Assembly: GCA_963835065.1 (NCBI GenBank)
Contig: CAWIEK010000003.1
Span: forward strand, 163,449 to 227,448
DNA: 64,000 nt
Reading direction: 5' to 3'
Source: an uncultured Chthonomonadaceae bacterium
GTDB taxonomy: Bacteria > Armatimonadota > Chthonomonadetes > Chthonomonadales > Chthonomonadaceae
How positions within the stretch are numbered: position 1 is the first letter of the stretch; each line of letters starts with the position of its first letter. Below are positions 39,820 through 50,522 of the stretch, in pieces. A program made the translations under genes and the position numbers. The notes beneath the pieces are model-generated. The model was given only the letters and a program-made list of their open reading frames with translations, was not told the DNA's origin and searched no databases.

Positions 39820-39952
39820 CTGAAAATCCCAGTGTTAAATTTTGGACACCGAACCATTTTACCTTGATTCGCGCAAGTCTGCGTTGTCATTTGTGCGGGT
39901 GTGAAGACACTTGGAAATTGGCGCATTGTGGCGACGGGTTGAACCCGGCATT

Positions 39953-40771
39953 TTATATGCCGGATGCAGACGCGGTAATCAACTGCGCATGCTCTTCCAC
40001 GACAACAGTATCTTCATCAAGCGCGGCATCCAAAGAGACTTCTTCGGATTCCGTGTCTTGTGTTGGTTCCGGGGGGAACAGGCGGGGCAGGTTTTCCAGC
40101 GCGTTGAAGGCGGCGGCTTGTTCGGCTTCCTTCTTGCTTTTGCCCTGCCCGCTGCCGATGATGGTTTCCCCAACGATGGCCTGCGCCACAAACGTTTTGT
40201 CGTGTTCGTGGCCGAGTTCGTCTACGGTGCGGTAAACGGGCGTGAGCCGCAATTGCGCCTGCGTGTGTTCCTGCAAAGAGGATTTGTAGTCGCGGCGGTG
40301 CTGATCGGCGGCGACTTCCTCAATAGCGGGCTGCAGGGCTTTGCGCACCACGCGCCGCGCCGCCACAATGCCGCAGTCCAGATAAATCGCCGCCACAACC
40401 GCCTCGAACGCATCCGACAAAATGGAACGGCGGCGACGCCCGCCCGAAGCCGCTTCACTGGCGCTCATCACCATGAACTCTTCCAGTCCCAATACCTGCG
40501 CGGCATCGGCAAGGGCGGACTCGCTGACGATGTACGCTTTGGATTTGGCAAGGTCGCCCTCGCTGTAATCCGGGAAAATCCGAAACAGGTTTTCGCAAAT
40601 CACCACGCCCACGACGGAATCGCCTAAAAATTCCAGCCGCTCGTTGCTGTCGAAGGCATTATCGCCGGCAGCCGAGCGGTGCGTCAGGGCGCGGCGCAGG
40701 CGCGTGAAATCCTTGAATTCAACGCCAAGACGCTCCTGCAGTCGTATTAAATCCTGTTCGTCCGTAGCCAT
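39953..40771 (-). CDS. rnc: Ribonuclease III
   Basis: ALTHRS..NERLEFLGDSV, SDAFEAVVAAIYLD, dsRBD DYKSSLQE..GKSKKEAEQAAA. Confidence 0.97.
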   Translation of the reverse strand: MATDEQDLIRLQERLGVEFKDFTRLRRALTHRSAAGDNAFDSNERLEFLGDSVVGVVICENLFRIFPDYSEGDLAKSKAYIVSESALADAAQVLGLEEFMVMSASEAASGGRRRRSILSDAFEAVVAAIYLDCGIVAARRVVRKALQPAIEEVAADQHRRDYKSSLQEHTQAQLRLTPVYRTVDELGHEHDKTFVAQAIVGETIIGSGQGKSKKEAEQAAAFNALENLPRLFPPEPTQDTESEEVSLDAALDEDTVVVEEHAQLITASASGI

Positions 40772-40813
40772 AAGTGAGAAGGAATCGGAAGCTAAACCAG
40801 GCCAAGATAAATT

Positions 40814-41563
40814 CTAACGTGGATTGAACGCGGCCCATGTCAGCAGCGCGAGTAAGACAATCTTAAAAGGAAACAACACAACCCCGATGCGTTTCCAGCG
40901 ATCCTGCGAATGTTGAAACGCGGTTTCGTTCCCGTCTGCCTGTTTCTGCCAGGCGAGAAAATAGCCCTGCATACCCAACGCCAGTGACAGCAGCACGCCG
41001 CCGTAAGGAATGAGCAGATAAAGCGGGCCGGAAAACGCCAGCAGGGACGCCACATCCAGACATAATACAATCAGCGCCCAACCCCAAATCCGGCGCGCAA
41101 GCAGCCACCACAGCGAGGCTCCGAACGCGCCCCAATTCCAGCGCAATGTGGCAAGGTCAGGCGGAAGCGGGCGGTCAGGAACAGCATAAAGCGCGTTCAT
41201 TGCCGAAGGGTACAGCATCCCGATAGGCAAAAACGTCGCGCCCGTCGGGTCGCCGGGATTGGCAATCAGGCCGGGCGGCGTACCACACGTCCGACATGCG
41301 CGGCGCAGGGAAGTAATCGCGCCGCACACGCAGCACAATACATCTATATCCGGCGGGCGGACGCGCGACGACGACTTGCCCCGCGCGTTTTTTACGACAG
41401 GAACGGACGCGGCCTGCATTGCGGATGGCGGCATTTTGCCTGCATTGACTGACGGCGGCTGAAACGGAATAGCCGAAGACGCCGCTGCCAGCGTTCGCCC
41501 GCAACGTTCGCATACAGCCGCGCCCGCTCCATTTATATGCCCGCATTGGGGACACATCATCAC
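40814..41563 (-). CDS. Zinc-ribbon membrane protein (DUF2628-like C-terminus)
   Basis: CPQC..CERC and CCVC..CRTC; RWNWGAF followed by TM helices. Confidence 0.65.
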   Translation of the reverse strand: MMMCPQCGHINGAGAAVCERCGRTLAAASSAIPFQPPSVNAGKMPPSAMQAASVPVVKNARGKSSSRVRPPDIDVLCCVCGAITSLRRACRTCGTPPGLIANPGDPTGATFLPIGMLYPSAMNALYAVPDRPLPPDLATLRWNWGAFGASLWWLLARRIWGWALIVLCLDVASLLAFSGPLYLLIPYGGVLLSLALGMQGYFLAWQKQADGNETAFQHSQDRWKRIGVVLFPFKIVLLALLTWAAFNPR

Positions 41564-41713
41564 CGCTCAAACTCCCGTCCCGAATTTCCGCCAAACACAT
41601 GCGATATTGAGATTAGTGTACCCGCTACGCGCCCTTTTCGTTCCATTCCAAATTTCGCGCGTTCCATTTTCGCGCATTAGAAGAGAAAATGAAAAAGCGC
41701 GCCCGATATTCCA

Positions 41714-41742
41714 TTGACAACACTACGCGACAATGCCATACT
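41714..41742 (+). promoter_or_regulatory. sigma70-like promoter
   Basis: TTGACA-17 nt-CATACT. Confidence 0.55.
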
Positions 41743-41830
41743 TCCCTGACAATGCCGTCCCTGCTCCAACGCTGCCCCGGCGTTCGGGCTATCCTTGCGC
41801 CCATCTTCTTCCCCCCACGAGGACACCGCT

Positions 41831-42169
41831 ATGTCAAAAGGCCGTTTGCCGCGTTTGCTGTTCCCGCTCGTTGTTGTTTGCGCGCTTGCTATCATCGGAC
41901 GGAACGTGTACCGGCGCTATCTCGATGCCGCGCTTCTCACCGCCGTTGAAACCAAAAATGTGCCCGCCGTTCGCGCCCTGCTTGCCAGAGGCGCAAATCC
42001 CAACACGAGGAAACCACATGAAACCGAATTAGGCGAGGATATTCCCCTGCTGTATGTGGCGTGTGGAATTACGGGGAGCGCCGCCAATTCAGCCGCCAAA
42101 GCTGACGAACCTTCAGAAAAAGTGATAATGGAACAAGACCGTTTCGGTGACAAAGTTGGTAGAATGTAA
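41831..42169 (+). pseudogene. Membrane-anchored ankyrin-repeat gene truncated at an IS end
   Basis: GAGGA RBS; TM helix; ALLTAVETKNVPAVRALLARGANPN; runs into CAAGACC at 42134. Confidence 0.6.
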
Positions 42170-42474
42170 GCGCCAACCCACATGCTCACCGAGGTCAACC
42201 ATGAAACAGCCTTGTACGAATTATGATACCCTGTCAGCGCGTTTGCGTCTACGTGTGCCTGACGCCAGTGTGCCCCAACTCCACAATCTGGCGCTGTTCA
42301 TCTCTGGCTTGGTGCTTGCCGGCCATGTCCATGTGCCCAAAATCGCGTTGTTCTTGCCTATTGCCGGTAACGCGCCCAACGCCTTGCAGCGCCTGGAACG
42401 CTTTCTCAAGAACAAGGCGAGTGCGCCTACGCTCTGGTACAAAGGCGTGGCACGGGCAGGGCTGTTTGCTAAAT
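42134..42474 (+). mobile_element. Left end and 5' fragment of an IS4-like transposase
   Basis: Putative end CAAGACCGTTTCGGTGACAAAG; GAGGT-ATG at 42201; QLHNLALFISGLVLAGHVHVPKIA..LQRLERFLKN resembles IS4-type N-termini; no DDE core. Confidence 0.55.
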
Positions 42475-42608
42475 GTCGGCAGTGCCAAGCCTCCATGGTA
42501 GAGAATTTAACTGTGGCTGAATTATTGAAGAGTCGGGTACGCTGATTCTGTTGGGGCAACCCATCAATAAATAGGTTCGAGGTTGCTTCGATGAGATTGG
42601 TTATCTCG

Positions 42609-43910
42609 CTAATTTCCATTCTGCGCCATGAAGAACAACGACGCAAAGGAAAACGACAGGAGATACTCTGCGGCTTCGAGGAGGGGCATGATTTTCGCTA
42701 TCTCCGCCTGTTTATGCCTGCGCGTAACTCCGCGTCGCGCAACATCCAGAGCGTTCTGGTCCGCATTATTGGTCGCAAGCGGGTCAGACCCATACTGTAG
42801 AAGCAATTTTACGGCTTCTACATGACCGTTTCCTACAGCCAGCATCAGGGCGTTTGTGGCCGAGCAGCCTTCTTCTCGCGCCATGATTTCTGCGTCGGTA
42901 AAGGCATTGGGGTCGGCTCCATGCTGAAGCAGCAAATCAACGACCTCTGCCTCTCCCCACAGGCACGTCAGCATGAGGGGTGTCCATCCGCTGCGGCTGC
43001 GAACATTTGCCTGTGCGCCATACGCCAGCAACAGTTCCACAGCCTCACGGTTGCGCCGGGTACTCGAATGTAGGCTTGCTATCAGCGCGGTCGCGCCGTT
43101 GTGACCGGCAGCGTTCGGGGCGGCTCCGTGTTCCAGAAGCAAACGCATCACGGCAATCCGCCCATATAAAGCCGCCTGCATCAGCGCGGTCTTGCCGTGA
43201 GCGTCTGGAGCATCCATGGGAGCGCCGTTTTCCAGCAAAAGCATGACGACGTTCGCGTGTCCGCCGACAGCGGCCCAGCGCAGCGCATTCGCCATCTCCG
43301 GTAGGTTCAGGTCGGCTCCGGCGGCAAGAAGTATTTGTGCCTGAGCGTGGTCATTGAGCAGCGCGGCTTCCACCAGCCCCACATCCGCGCCTGCATCCAA
43401 CAGCAGCCGCGCCATTTCGCTCTTTTCGTTCCATGCCGCCAGCATCAGCGCATTACAGCCTTCTTCATCGCGCGGGCGCATATCAGCCCCATATTCGAGC
43501 AGGACAGCCGCCAGTTCCACATTGCCTCGTTCTGCCGCATACATCAGCGCTGTTTTTCCTGCCGACATACCCGCCTTATTCGGAAGCGTGACGACATTCA
43601 CGCTCGCTCCTGCTTCCAGCAGCAGGCGGGCTGCCGCGCCGCTTTTTGCGCTCATCAAAGGTGTTGCGCCCCATTTCATGGCGCGGCTTGGGTCAGCCCC
43701 GGCGTTTAGCAAGGCGCGAACCACTTCCTGCCGGTCGAAATGTGCCGCCCGATGCAGGGCTGTAAACCCGAAACGGTCGGCTGTATTCGGGTCGGCTCCC
43801 TGTTCCAGCAGAGCCAGAACAGGCGCATCCTCGCCTTTCTTGCCGAAGTGGAAAGCGACTGAGGCGAGATTATCAGGGTCATAGTGTCCAATTTTAACTA
43901 TTTCTGCCAT
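42609..43910 (-). CDS. Ankyrin-repeat protein
   Basis: About ten G.T(A/P)LM.A...G....V..LL..GA(D/N) repeats. Confidence 0.92.
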   Translation of the reverse strand: MAEIVKIGHYDPDNLASVAFHFGKKGEDAPVLALLEQGADPNTADRFGFTALHRAAHFDRQEVVRALLNAGADPSRAMKWGATPLMSAKSGAAARLLLEAGASVNVVTLPNKAGMSAGKTALMYAAERGNVELAAVLLEYGADMRPRDEEGCNALMLAAWNEKSEMARLLLDAGADVGLVEAALLNDHAQAQILLAAGADLNLPEMANALRWAAVGGHANVVMLLLENGAPMDAPDAHGKTALMQAALYGRIAVMRLLLEHGAAPNAAGHNGATALIASLHSSTRRNREAVELLLAYGAQANVRSRSGWTPLMLTCLWGEAEVVDLLLQHGADPNAFTDAEIMAREEGCSATNALMLAVGNGHVEAVKLLLQYGSDPLATNNADQNALDVARRGVTRRHKQAEIAKIMPLLEAAEYLLSFSFASLFFMAQNGN

Positions 43911-43972
43911 TCGGCCTCCTGCCAGAAGCCATCATCATCCGGCCCCGGCTCACTCTTTACGGTAGTGAAGGA

Positions 43973-46153
43973 CTAACTTGAGTCGTGCAGCAGAGTGATA
44001 ACGGCTTCGCCATAACTTTCCAGTTTGCGTGGGCCGATGCCGGGAACGTGCCTCATTCCCTCTAAATCGGTCGGGTTGACCTGCGCGATGGCGCGGAGGG
44101 TCGAGTCGTGGAAAATTACATAAGGCGGCAGGCTTTGCCGTTCGGCTTCAATGCGCCGCCACGCTCGCAGTTTCTCGAAACGGTCATCTTCATCCGCGTC
44201 CATTTGCGCGTCCGCCTGCGTATCGGAAGCCTCGCCATTGGTCGCAGCGCGGTATGTGTTGGACGTTCCCGCCGTGTTTCCCGCCGCATTTCTTGAAGTT
44301 CTTTGCGAAGCCGTCTTCAACGGGTTGGCAAGTATCTCACCATCTTCACCCAAAGCCTCGCGCCCATCTTGCGACAGCGAAAGCAGAGGATACTCGGCTT
44401 CCCGGTTGAGTGTGAGCAAACCTTCTGTTACCAGCGTGTCCAGAAAGTCGCGCACTGATTTTAGCGTAAACCCGGCAAGCGTTCCATGCTGGCGACAGCG
44501 CGTAGCGGGAACCGGGCTATCCGCCGCGCCCGTCAACGCTTTTGCCACTCCCGTTCGCCCAAGCGGAAACGGCAGGGAAGCCAGACATTCCAGAATCACG
44601 CGCCCCACATCGGGAACCTGCGCGGACGTGGGAGCCTGCACTTTGGCGGCAGCCGCCGCCATAATGCCGCCCTCCTGCGCCGTGCCCCGGCAGCGGTCGC
44701 AGGCGTCACCGCACGGCGTCAGCGTCTGGTCAAAATGGCGCGACAGGGCAACGTGGCGGCAATCCCCGCCTTCGGCGTAGCCCAGCATATCGGCCATACG
44801 GCGGTCTTCATGGGCGCGACGCGCTTCCAGCAGGGCGTCAAGTTCGGCCCGTGATGTGGGCGGCGCGGGCGGTATCTCAATCTGAAAGGCATAGCCGCTT
44901 TCCAGATGCCGATGCACAAGCCCGCAGCGTTCCAACATGGAAATGGCGACGCGGACGCGCGTGGCGTTCTGCGGATCGGCGGCCTCGGTTCCGAACACTT
45001 CCCGCTGTATCTCGTCGGGCGATACAAACCCCGTTCCCCGCCCGATACGCGCTTTCAAGGTTCGGTAGGTATCGCGCACATGGGGCAAGGTCACTTCGTT
45101 CTGCCGTTTCCAGCGGTTCAGATTGGTTTTGTCACCCGGCGCGACCAGCAGAACGCACCGGGAGAGTTTACCGTCCCGTCCCGCCCGCCCCGCTTCCTGC
45201 GTGTACGATTCCAGCGATTCGGGCAGGGTAAAGTGGATCACAAAACGCACGTTCGCCTTGTCCACGCCCATGCCGAACGCAACCGTTGCCACCATGATAC
45301 GCGCCTGTCCGAGCATGAATCGCTGCTGCGTATCGGTTCGCGTTTCCCGATCCAGCCCGGCATGGTAAAAGGCAGCGGAAATTTTCTGCCGGTTGAGTAA
45401 TCCGGCCAGTTGTTCGCACATATTACGCGAATTGGCATAGATGATGCCCGCGCCCGCCGTTTCCCGGCACACTTCTACAACGCGGCGCATTTTGGCGTCG
45501 GCATTGGCGCAGGGAAACACTTCCAGCCGCAGATTGGGACGGAACAGGGGCGCGTTGACCGGCGCGAGTTCCCGCCCTAACTGCTGCCCGATGTCGGACT
45601 GCATTTCGGTTGTCGCCGTTGCCGTCAGCGCCAGCACGGTCGGCGGATTGCCTGTCTCCTCCAGCATTTCCAGCGCCTTGCGGATAAACAAATAATCCGG
45701 GCGAAAATCGTGTCCCCACACGCTGATGCAGTGCGCTTCGTCCACGACAACCAGCGACAGCCCGACGCGCTGCAAAAGCCGCAAAAACTCCTGTTGGCGC
45801 AGGCGTTCGGGCGCGGCATAAATCAGCCGGTACGTTCCCGCTTCAATTTCTTCCAATCGCCGCGTCACTTCGGCAAAATCCAGACTGCTGTTAATCAGGG
45901 TCGCCTGCGGGTACACGGCGGGTGGCAGTCCATCCAATTGATCCTGCATCAGGGCAATCAGGGGCGAGATAACCAGCGTGGGCCGGGGCAGCAGCAGAGC
46001 CGGCAACTGGTAGCACAGCGATTTGCCCGCGCCCGTCGGAAGTACGCCCAGCGTGTCTTTGCCGTCCATCACCTGCCGAATAATGTCCTCCTGGTAAGGC
46101 CGAAACTCCGCATGTCCGAAATTCGCTTCCAGCGCCGCGCGTAAATCTGTCAT
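43973..46153 (-). CDS. recQ: RecQ helicase with Zn/RQC and HRDC domains
   Basis: PTGAGKSLCYQLP, VDEAHCISVWGHDFRPDY, ATVAFGMG, QEAGRAGRDG, HRDC LRAWRR..PYVIFHD. Confidence 0.95.
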   Translation of the reverse strand: MTDLRAALEANFGHAEFRPYQEDIIRQVMDGKDTLGVLPTGAGKSLCYQLPALLLPRPTLVISPLIALMQDQLDGLPPAVYPQATLINSSLDFAEVTRRLEEIEAGTYRLIYAAPERLRQQEFLRLLQRVGLSLVVVDEAHCISVWGHDFRPDYLFIRKALEMLEETGNPPTVLALTATATTEMQSDIGQQLGRELAPVNAPLFRPNLRLEVFPCANADAKMRRVVEVCRETAGAGIIYANSRNMCEQLAGLLNRQKISAAFYHAGLDRETRTDTQQRFMLGQARIMVATVAFGMGVDKANVRFVIHFTLPESLESYTQEAGRAGRDGKLSRCVLLVAPGDKTNLNRWKRQNEVTLPHVRDTYRTLKARIGRGTGFVSPDEIQREVFGTEAADPQNATRVRVAISMLERCGLVHRHLESGYAFQIEIPPAPPTSRAELDALLEARRAHEDRRMADMLGYAEGGDCRHVALSRHFDQTLTPCGDACDRCRGTAQEGGIMAAAAAKVQAPTSAQVPDVGRVILECLASLPFPLGRTGVAKALTGAADSPVPATRCRQHGTLAGFTLKSVRDFLDTLVTEGLLTLNREAEYPLLSLSQDGREALGEDGEILANPLKTASQRTSRNAAGNTAGTSNTYRAATNGEASDTQADAQMDADEDDRFEKLRAWRRIEAERQSLPPYVIFHDSTLRAIAQVNPTDLEGMRHVPGIGPRKLESYGEAVITLLHDSS

Positions 46154-46370
46154 AACCCCAATGCTCCCTGTATTGAACCTGAAAACGCGAACGAGATATG
46201 TATATTGTAGCACGACTCATTCATCTGGCTGAACATGCCTGTTGACGGTTTGCGCTGCGCGAGTTCGCTTTGATTTTACGGTATGATGAATTGCACTGTC
46301 TTGCAGGATTAGTTACCGAAGTTGGCTAAATTAGGAGCAGAGTAGGAGTTCGTTTTGGAAGGAAAATAAC

Positions 46371-47444
46371 ATGTTCCATATAAGGGTTCGACGGGCGTTT
46401 ATGCTGCTGCTGGCTGTTACCTGCCTTGCCTGCGGGAAACTGCCGGCGCAGAAAGCGGATTTGCCGGAGGGGCAACAGGCGCTTATGGAGCGCATATCCG
46501 CCAACTCGCTGCGCGGGCATTTGTCGTTTCTCGCGTCCGACCTGTTGGAAGGGCGAGGCACGCCCTCGCGCGGTTTGGACCTCGCGGCGGAATATATTGC
46601 GGCGCAGTTTCGACGAGCGGGACTGGAACCGGCGGGCGACGACGGCTATTTTCAAACCACAACCCTGACGGCAAGAGGTTCCGACAAGCCGGAAAAAGTT
46701 CGCAATGTCATCGGCGTCCTGCGCGGCTCCGATCCGGCTCTCAAAAACACCTATATTCTGCTGACCGCCCATTACGACCATCTTGGTATGCGCCCGAACC
46801 CGGACGGGGGTGGCGCGAATATCATCTTCAACGGCGCCAATGACGACGGCAGCGGAACCGTATCCGTAATCGAACTGGCGTCCGCCCTCAGCGCCCTGAA
46901 AACGCGCCCGCGCCGCTCCCTCGTGTTCATGACGTTCTTTGGCGAAGAGCGCGGCCTGCTCGGTTCCCGCTACTATGGCGCGCACCCTATTTTCCCGGTT
47001 GAGAAGACAATCGCCGACATCAATCTGGAGCAAATCGGACGCACGGACGATCTGGAAGGGCCGCGCATCGCCGGAGTTTCCATGACGGGCTTCGATTTTT
47101 CCGATCTTGGCGCTGTCTTTCAGGAGGCCGGGAAAGCGGTAGGCGTGACGGTCAGCAAGCATCCGCGCAACAGCGACGCTTTTTTCGCCCGCAGCGACAA
47201 TCAGGCGCTGGCGGATTTGGGCGTACCCGCGCATACGCTTTGCACCGCGTATGTCTATCCCGACTACCACCGCCCCGCCGACCATTGGGAAAAAGTAGAT
47301 TACGACAATATGGCAAAGGTAGACCGCATGGTAGCCCTGGGCCTGCTGACGCTCGCCAATTCCCCCAAAGAACCCACCTGGAACGCCGCCAACCCCAAAG
47401 CCGCCCCCTACCTGCAAGCCTGGAAAACTCGGCACGGCGGATAG
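46371..47444 (+). CDS. Secreted M28 family peptidase
   Basis: RNVIG, TAHYDHLG, NGANDDGSG, FFGEERGLLGS, RSDN, DYHRPAD. Confidence 0.92.
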   Translation: MFHIRVRRAFMLLLAVTCLACGKLPAQKADLPEGQQALMERISANSLRGHLSFLASDLLEGRGTPSRGLDLAAEYIAAQFRRAGLEPAGDDGYFQTTTLTARGSDKPEKVRNVIGVLRGSDPALKNTYILLTAHYDHLGMRPNPDGGGANIIFNGANDDGSGTVSVIELASALSALKTRPRRSLVFMTFFGEERGLLGSRYYGAHPIFPVEKTIADINLEQIGRTDDLEGPRIAGVSMTGFDFSDLGAVFQEAGKAVGVTVSKHPRNSDAFFARSDNQALADLGVPAHTLCTAYVYPDYHRPADHWEKVDYDNMAKVDRMVALGLLTLANSPKEPTWNAANPKAAPYLQAWKTRHGG

Positions 47445-47464
47445 CACAGAGTAGAAGCAATATA

Positions 47465-47521
47465 AGAGCCTCTCCTCATTGACCGGGCACTGAAAGTACC
47501 CGGTCAATGAGGAGAGGCTCT
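47465..47521. terminator. Long hairpin between convergent genes (REP-like core)
   Basis: AGAGCCTCTCCTCATTGACCGGG...CCCGGTCAATGAGGAGAGGCTCT, 23-bp stem. Confidence 0.65.
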
Positions 47522-47546
47522 GAACCCGTCGGCGTCTGCATCGTTC

Positions 47547-47981
47547 TCACCCTCGGCTTACGATTTCAGTATTTCGCTCTTCTTCCAAAAACGGCAGGCG
47601 CAGGGTGTGCCGCAGCGCGCGCAATTCCTGCATGTGCCGATAGGAAAGACGCTCCAGAATCGTTTCCCCTTTCGGCATCAGCACCACATGCACCTGCCGT
47701 CTGTCCTCACTGCTTGGTATGCGCTTTACCAGCCCCGCTGATACGCAGCGATTTACCAGGCCGACAGCCGCATTATGCCGCACTTGCAGCGATTCAGCAA
47801 TCTCGGAAACCGAAGCCCATGCCCGTCCCTCCTGGCCTTTCACGGCCAACATCAGTTGATGCTGCCGTGGCGTCAGTCCCTCCGAGCGAGCCGCCTCTTC
47901 ACTGAAACGCAAAAACTTGCGCAGGGACGCGCGAAACATTGCCAGCGCTTCATAGTCCGCTTTTGTAACCTGTTCCGACAT
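47547..47981 (-). CDS. MarR-family transcriptional regulator
   Basis: GLTPRQHQLMLAV..SEIAESLQVRHNAAVGLVNR..EDRRQVHVVL. Confidence 0.9.
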   Translation of the reverse strand: MSEQVTKADYEALAMFRASLRKFLRFSEEAARSEGLTPRQHQLMLAVKGQEGRAWASVSEIAESLQVRHNAAVGLVNRCVSAGLVKRIPSSEDRRQVHVVLMPKGETILERLSYRHMQELRALRHTLRLPFLEEERNTEIVSRG

Positions 47982-48085
47982 GGCAGCCTCTCCCTATAGC
48001 CTTTCCCCGGATATGAAAATATGTCGCATTGTGATATAATTAGATGTCTGATTCTCAGCCCTCACCGCCTTTAAGAAAGTGTAAA

Positions 48086-50008
48086 ATGTCTGAAGATAGT
48101 CCCACAGAAGCGCCATCACGTCACGGCGTATCCGCATCAACCAATGGCCTTGCGGTTGCTCCTGCCTTAGCAAGCGGGATGGAAAGCCCTTTGAATGTTG
48201 TCTCACCGTCGTCTGCTCCCTCGTATTCAGGAAGGCCATTGGATCGCCGTACCGTGTTGTTAAGCCTTGTGGCGGCTGGCATTGGGGTTGTCGCGGCCCT
48301 GATAGCCCGCCTGCTGACGGCCTTGATCGGGCTTGTTACCAATCTTGCTTATTACGGGCGCGTGTCCACAACGTTTGTCTCGCCCGCCGCTCATCATTTG
48401 GGGGCTTTTGCCCTGGTTGTGCCTGCTATTGGCGGCCTGATTGTCGGGTTTATGGCGCGTTATGGTTCCCAGGCCATTCGAGGGCATGGAATCCCGGAGG
48501 CGATGGAACAGATATTGACCAACCAGAGCCGTATTGCGCCCCGAATTACGTTCCTGAAGCCCCTTTCCGCTGCGGTTGCGATTGGCACGGGTGGGCCGTT
48601 CGGCGCGGAAGGGCCGATTATCGCAACGGGCGGGGCGCTTGGCTCGGTTGTCGGGCAATTGCTGCACATCACGGCAGCGGAAAGGAAAACGCTGCTGGCG
48701 GCCGGCGCGGCGGCAGGCATGACCGCGACATTCGGCAGCCCGGTTGCGGCGGTGGTGCTTGCCATTGAACTTTTGCTCTTCGAGTTCCGTCCGCGTTCGC
48801 TGGTTCCCGTCGCGCTGGCAAGCGTCGTGGCAACTGCCGTACGGTATGCTCTGGTGGGCACAATGCCCGCCTTTCCCATGCCCGATGTACTGCCGCCGGG
48901 CAGTGCGGCGTTGCTCTTTTATACTATGTTGGGCGCGTTCGTGGGACTGGTATCTGTGGGCGTGACGCGGCTGGTATATGCGATTGAGGATGCGTTTGAA
49001 CGCCTGCCTATCTCGTGGGTATGGTGGCCTGCCCTCGGCGGGCTTGTCGTGGGCGCGGTCGGCCTGTTCGCTCCCCACACCCTTGGCGTCGGTTATGACA
49101 ATATCGAGCATATTGTCGGCGGTACGCTGACGGGGAAAGCGGTCTTGTTTTTGTGCCTGATGAAACTGGTTTCCTGGTCTGTTTCTCTCGGCAGCGGCAC
49201 GTCCGGCGGCACGCTCGCTCCTTTGTTTACTATTGGCGGCGGATTAGGCGCGGCTGTGGGAGGCATGGCCGCTCAAATGTTTCCACAGGCCGGAATTGAT
49301 CTGCGCATTGCCGCGCTGGTAGGCATGGCGGCGATTTTCGCGGGCGCGTCGCGGGCGTTGCTGGCTTCAGTAATTTTCGCCTTTGAAACCACGCGGCAGC
49401 CCCTGGGATTGCTTCCCCTGCTGACGGGCTGCACCCTTGCGTATCTGGTTTCGTGCCTGCTCATGAAGCAGACCATTATGACCGAGAAGATCGCGCGGCG
49501 CGGGGTCCGGGTCCCAACGGAGTACGGAGCCGATTTTCTGACCCAGGTGGCGGTGAGCGCGGCGGCTTCACATCCTGTTACGGTCTTGCAAGCAAACGCG
49601 GAAATTCAATCGGTACGCGACTGGCTGGACACAAACGCGCCCGGCTCTCAACATCAGGGATACCCGGTTGTGGATGCGCAGGGGCAAATGGTAGGCGTCA
49701 TCACGCGCCGCGACCTGCTGAGGACGACGCAGCCGGAAGCCCATTTGCTTCGTGATTTGATTAAGCGCCCGCCTTCCGTTATCTATGAAGACAGTTCCCT
49801 GCGCGAAGCGTCCGACCACATGGCGCGCGACCGGGTAGGCAGGCTGCCTGTGGTCTCTCGCAGGGAACCCACAAAGGTTATTGGGATTCTTACTCGCAGC
49901 GATTTACTGCAAGCGCATAGCCGCCGATTGGAAGAACATCATCATCGCAGCCGCCACATTCGCATACGCCAGGCCATTCCAAAACCACCGGCGCGGCCTC
50001 GAAAGTAA
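48086..50008 (+). CDS. ClC-family chloride channel/transporter with CBS pair
   Basis: GHGIPEAM, GPFGAEGP, FAFETT; C-terminal CBS domains; start codon uncertain. Confidence 0.92.
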   Translation: MSEDSPTEAPSRHGVSASTNGLAVAPALASGMESPLNVVSPSSAPSYSGRPLDRRTVLLSLVAAGIGVVAALIARLLTALIGLVTNLAYYGRVSTTFVSPAAHHLGAFALVVPAIGGLIVGFMARYGSQAIRGHGIPEAMEQILTNQSRIAPRITFLKPLSAAVAIGTGGPFGAEGPIIATGGALGSVVGQLLHITAAERKTLLAAGAAAGMTATFGSPVAAVVLAIELLLFEFRPRSLVPVALASVVATAVRYALVGTMPAFPMPDVLPPGSAALLFYTMLGAFVGLVSVGVTRLVYAIEDAFERLPISWVWWPALGGLVVGAVGLFAPHTLGVGYDNIEHIVGGTLTGKAVLFLCLMKLVSWSVSLGSGTSGGTLAPLFTIGGGLGAAVGGMAAQMFPQAGIDLRIAALVGMAAIFAGASRALLASVIFAFETTRQPLGLLPLLTGCTLAYLVSCLLMKQTIMTEKIARRGVRVPTEYGADFLTQVAVSAAASHPVTVLQANAEIQSVRDWLDTNAPGSQHQGYPVVDAQGQMVGVITRRDLLRTTQPEAHLLRDLIKRPPSVIYEDSSLREASDHMARDRVGRLPVVSRREPTKVIGILTRSDLLQAHSRRLEEHHHRSRHIRIRQAIPKPPARPRK

Positions 50009-50108
50009 CCTTGCAATCGGCTGCATTTCACTTTGTAGGAACCCGCGCCAACAGCGTGGGAACATGGCTCCTGCTTTGCGCGTCGGGACATAAGCAGGAG
50101 GAAAACCA

Positions 50109-50522
50109 ATGCCACGCATAACAGGAATTCTGGAAACATCGCTGTACGTGGAAGACGTGGAACGCTCCACGCGCTTCTACCAACAGCTCTTTGATTGTGA
50201 AGTGATTTTAGAGGAAGACCGGCTTCACGCCCTGAGCATTGCGGGCCGGGATGTGCTGCTGCTGTTCAAGCGGGGTGGCTCCACGCAGCCAAGCGTATAC
50301 CCCGGCGGCATCATCCCCCCGCACGACGGACGCGGAACGCAGCACATCGCCTTTGCCATCCCGCTCCAGGACCTACAGGCATGGCGCGAACGCCTCAACC
50401 AACTCAACATTCCCCTCGAAAGCGAAGTGCGCCCCGAACTTGGCGGCCACAGTCTCTACTTCCGCGACCCCGACAACCATTGCATCGAACTCGCCACGCC
50501 GGGAATTTGGAAGATATATTGA
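50109..50522 (+). CDS. VOC/glyoxalase-family protein
   Basis: LETSLYVEDVERSTRFY, QHIAFAI, SLYFRDPDNHCIEL. Confidence 0.9.
   Translation: MPRITGILETSLYVEDVERSTRFYQQLFDCEVILEEDRLHALSIAGRDVLLLFKRGGSTQPSVYPGGIIPPHDGRGTQHIAFAIPLQDLQAWRERLNQLNIPLESEVRPELGGHSLYFRDPDNHCIELATPGIWKIY

Noticed and set aside
48480..48620. GHGIP/GAEGP variant suggesting a fluoride-specific ClC
   Set aside because: It does not match the GNNLI/GREGT signature of CLC-F exporters, and no fluoride riboswitch was recognised
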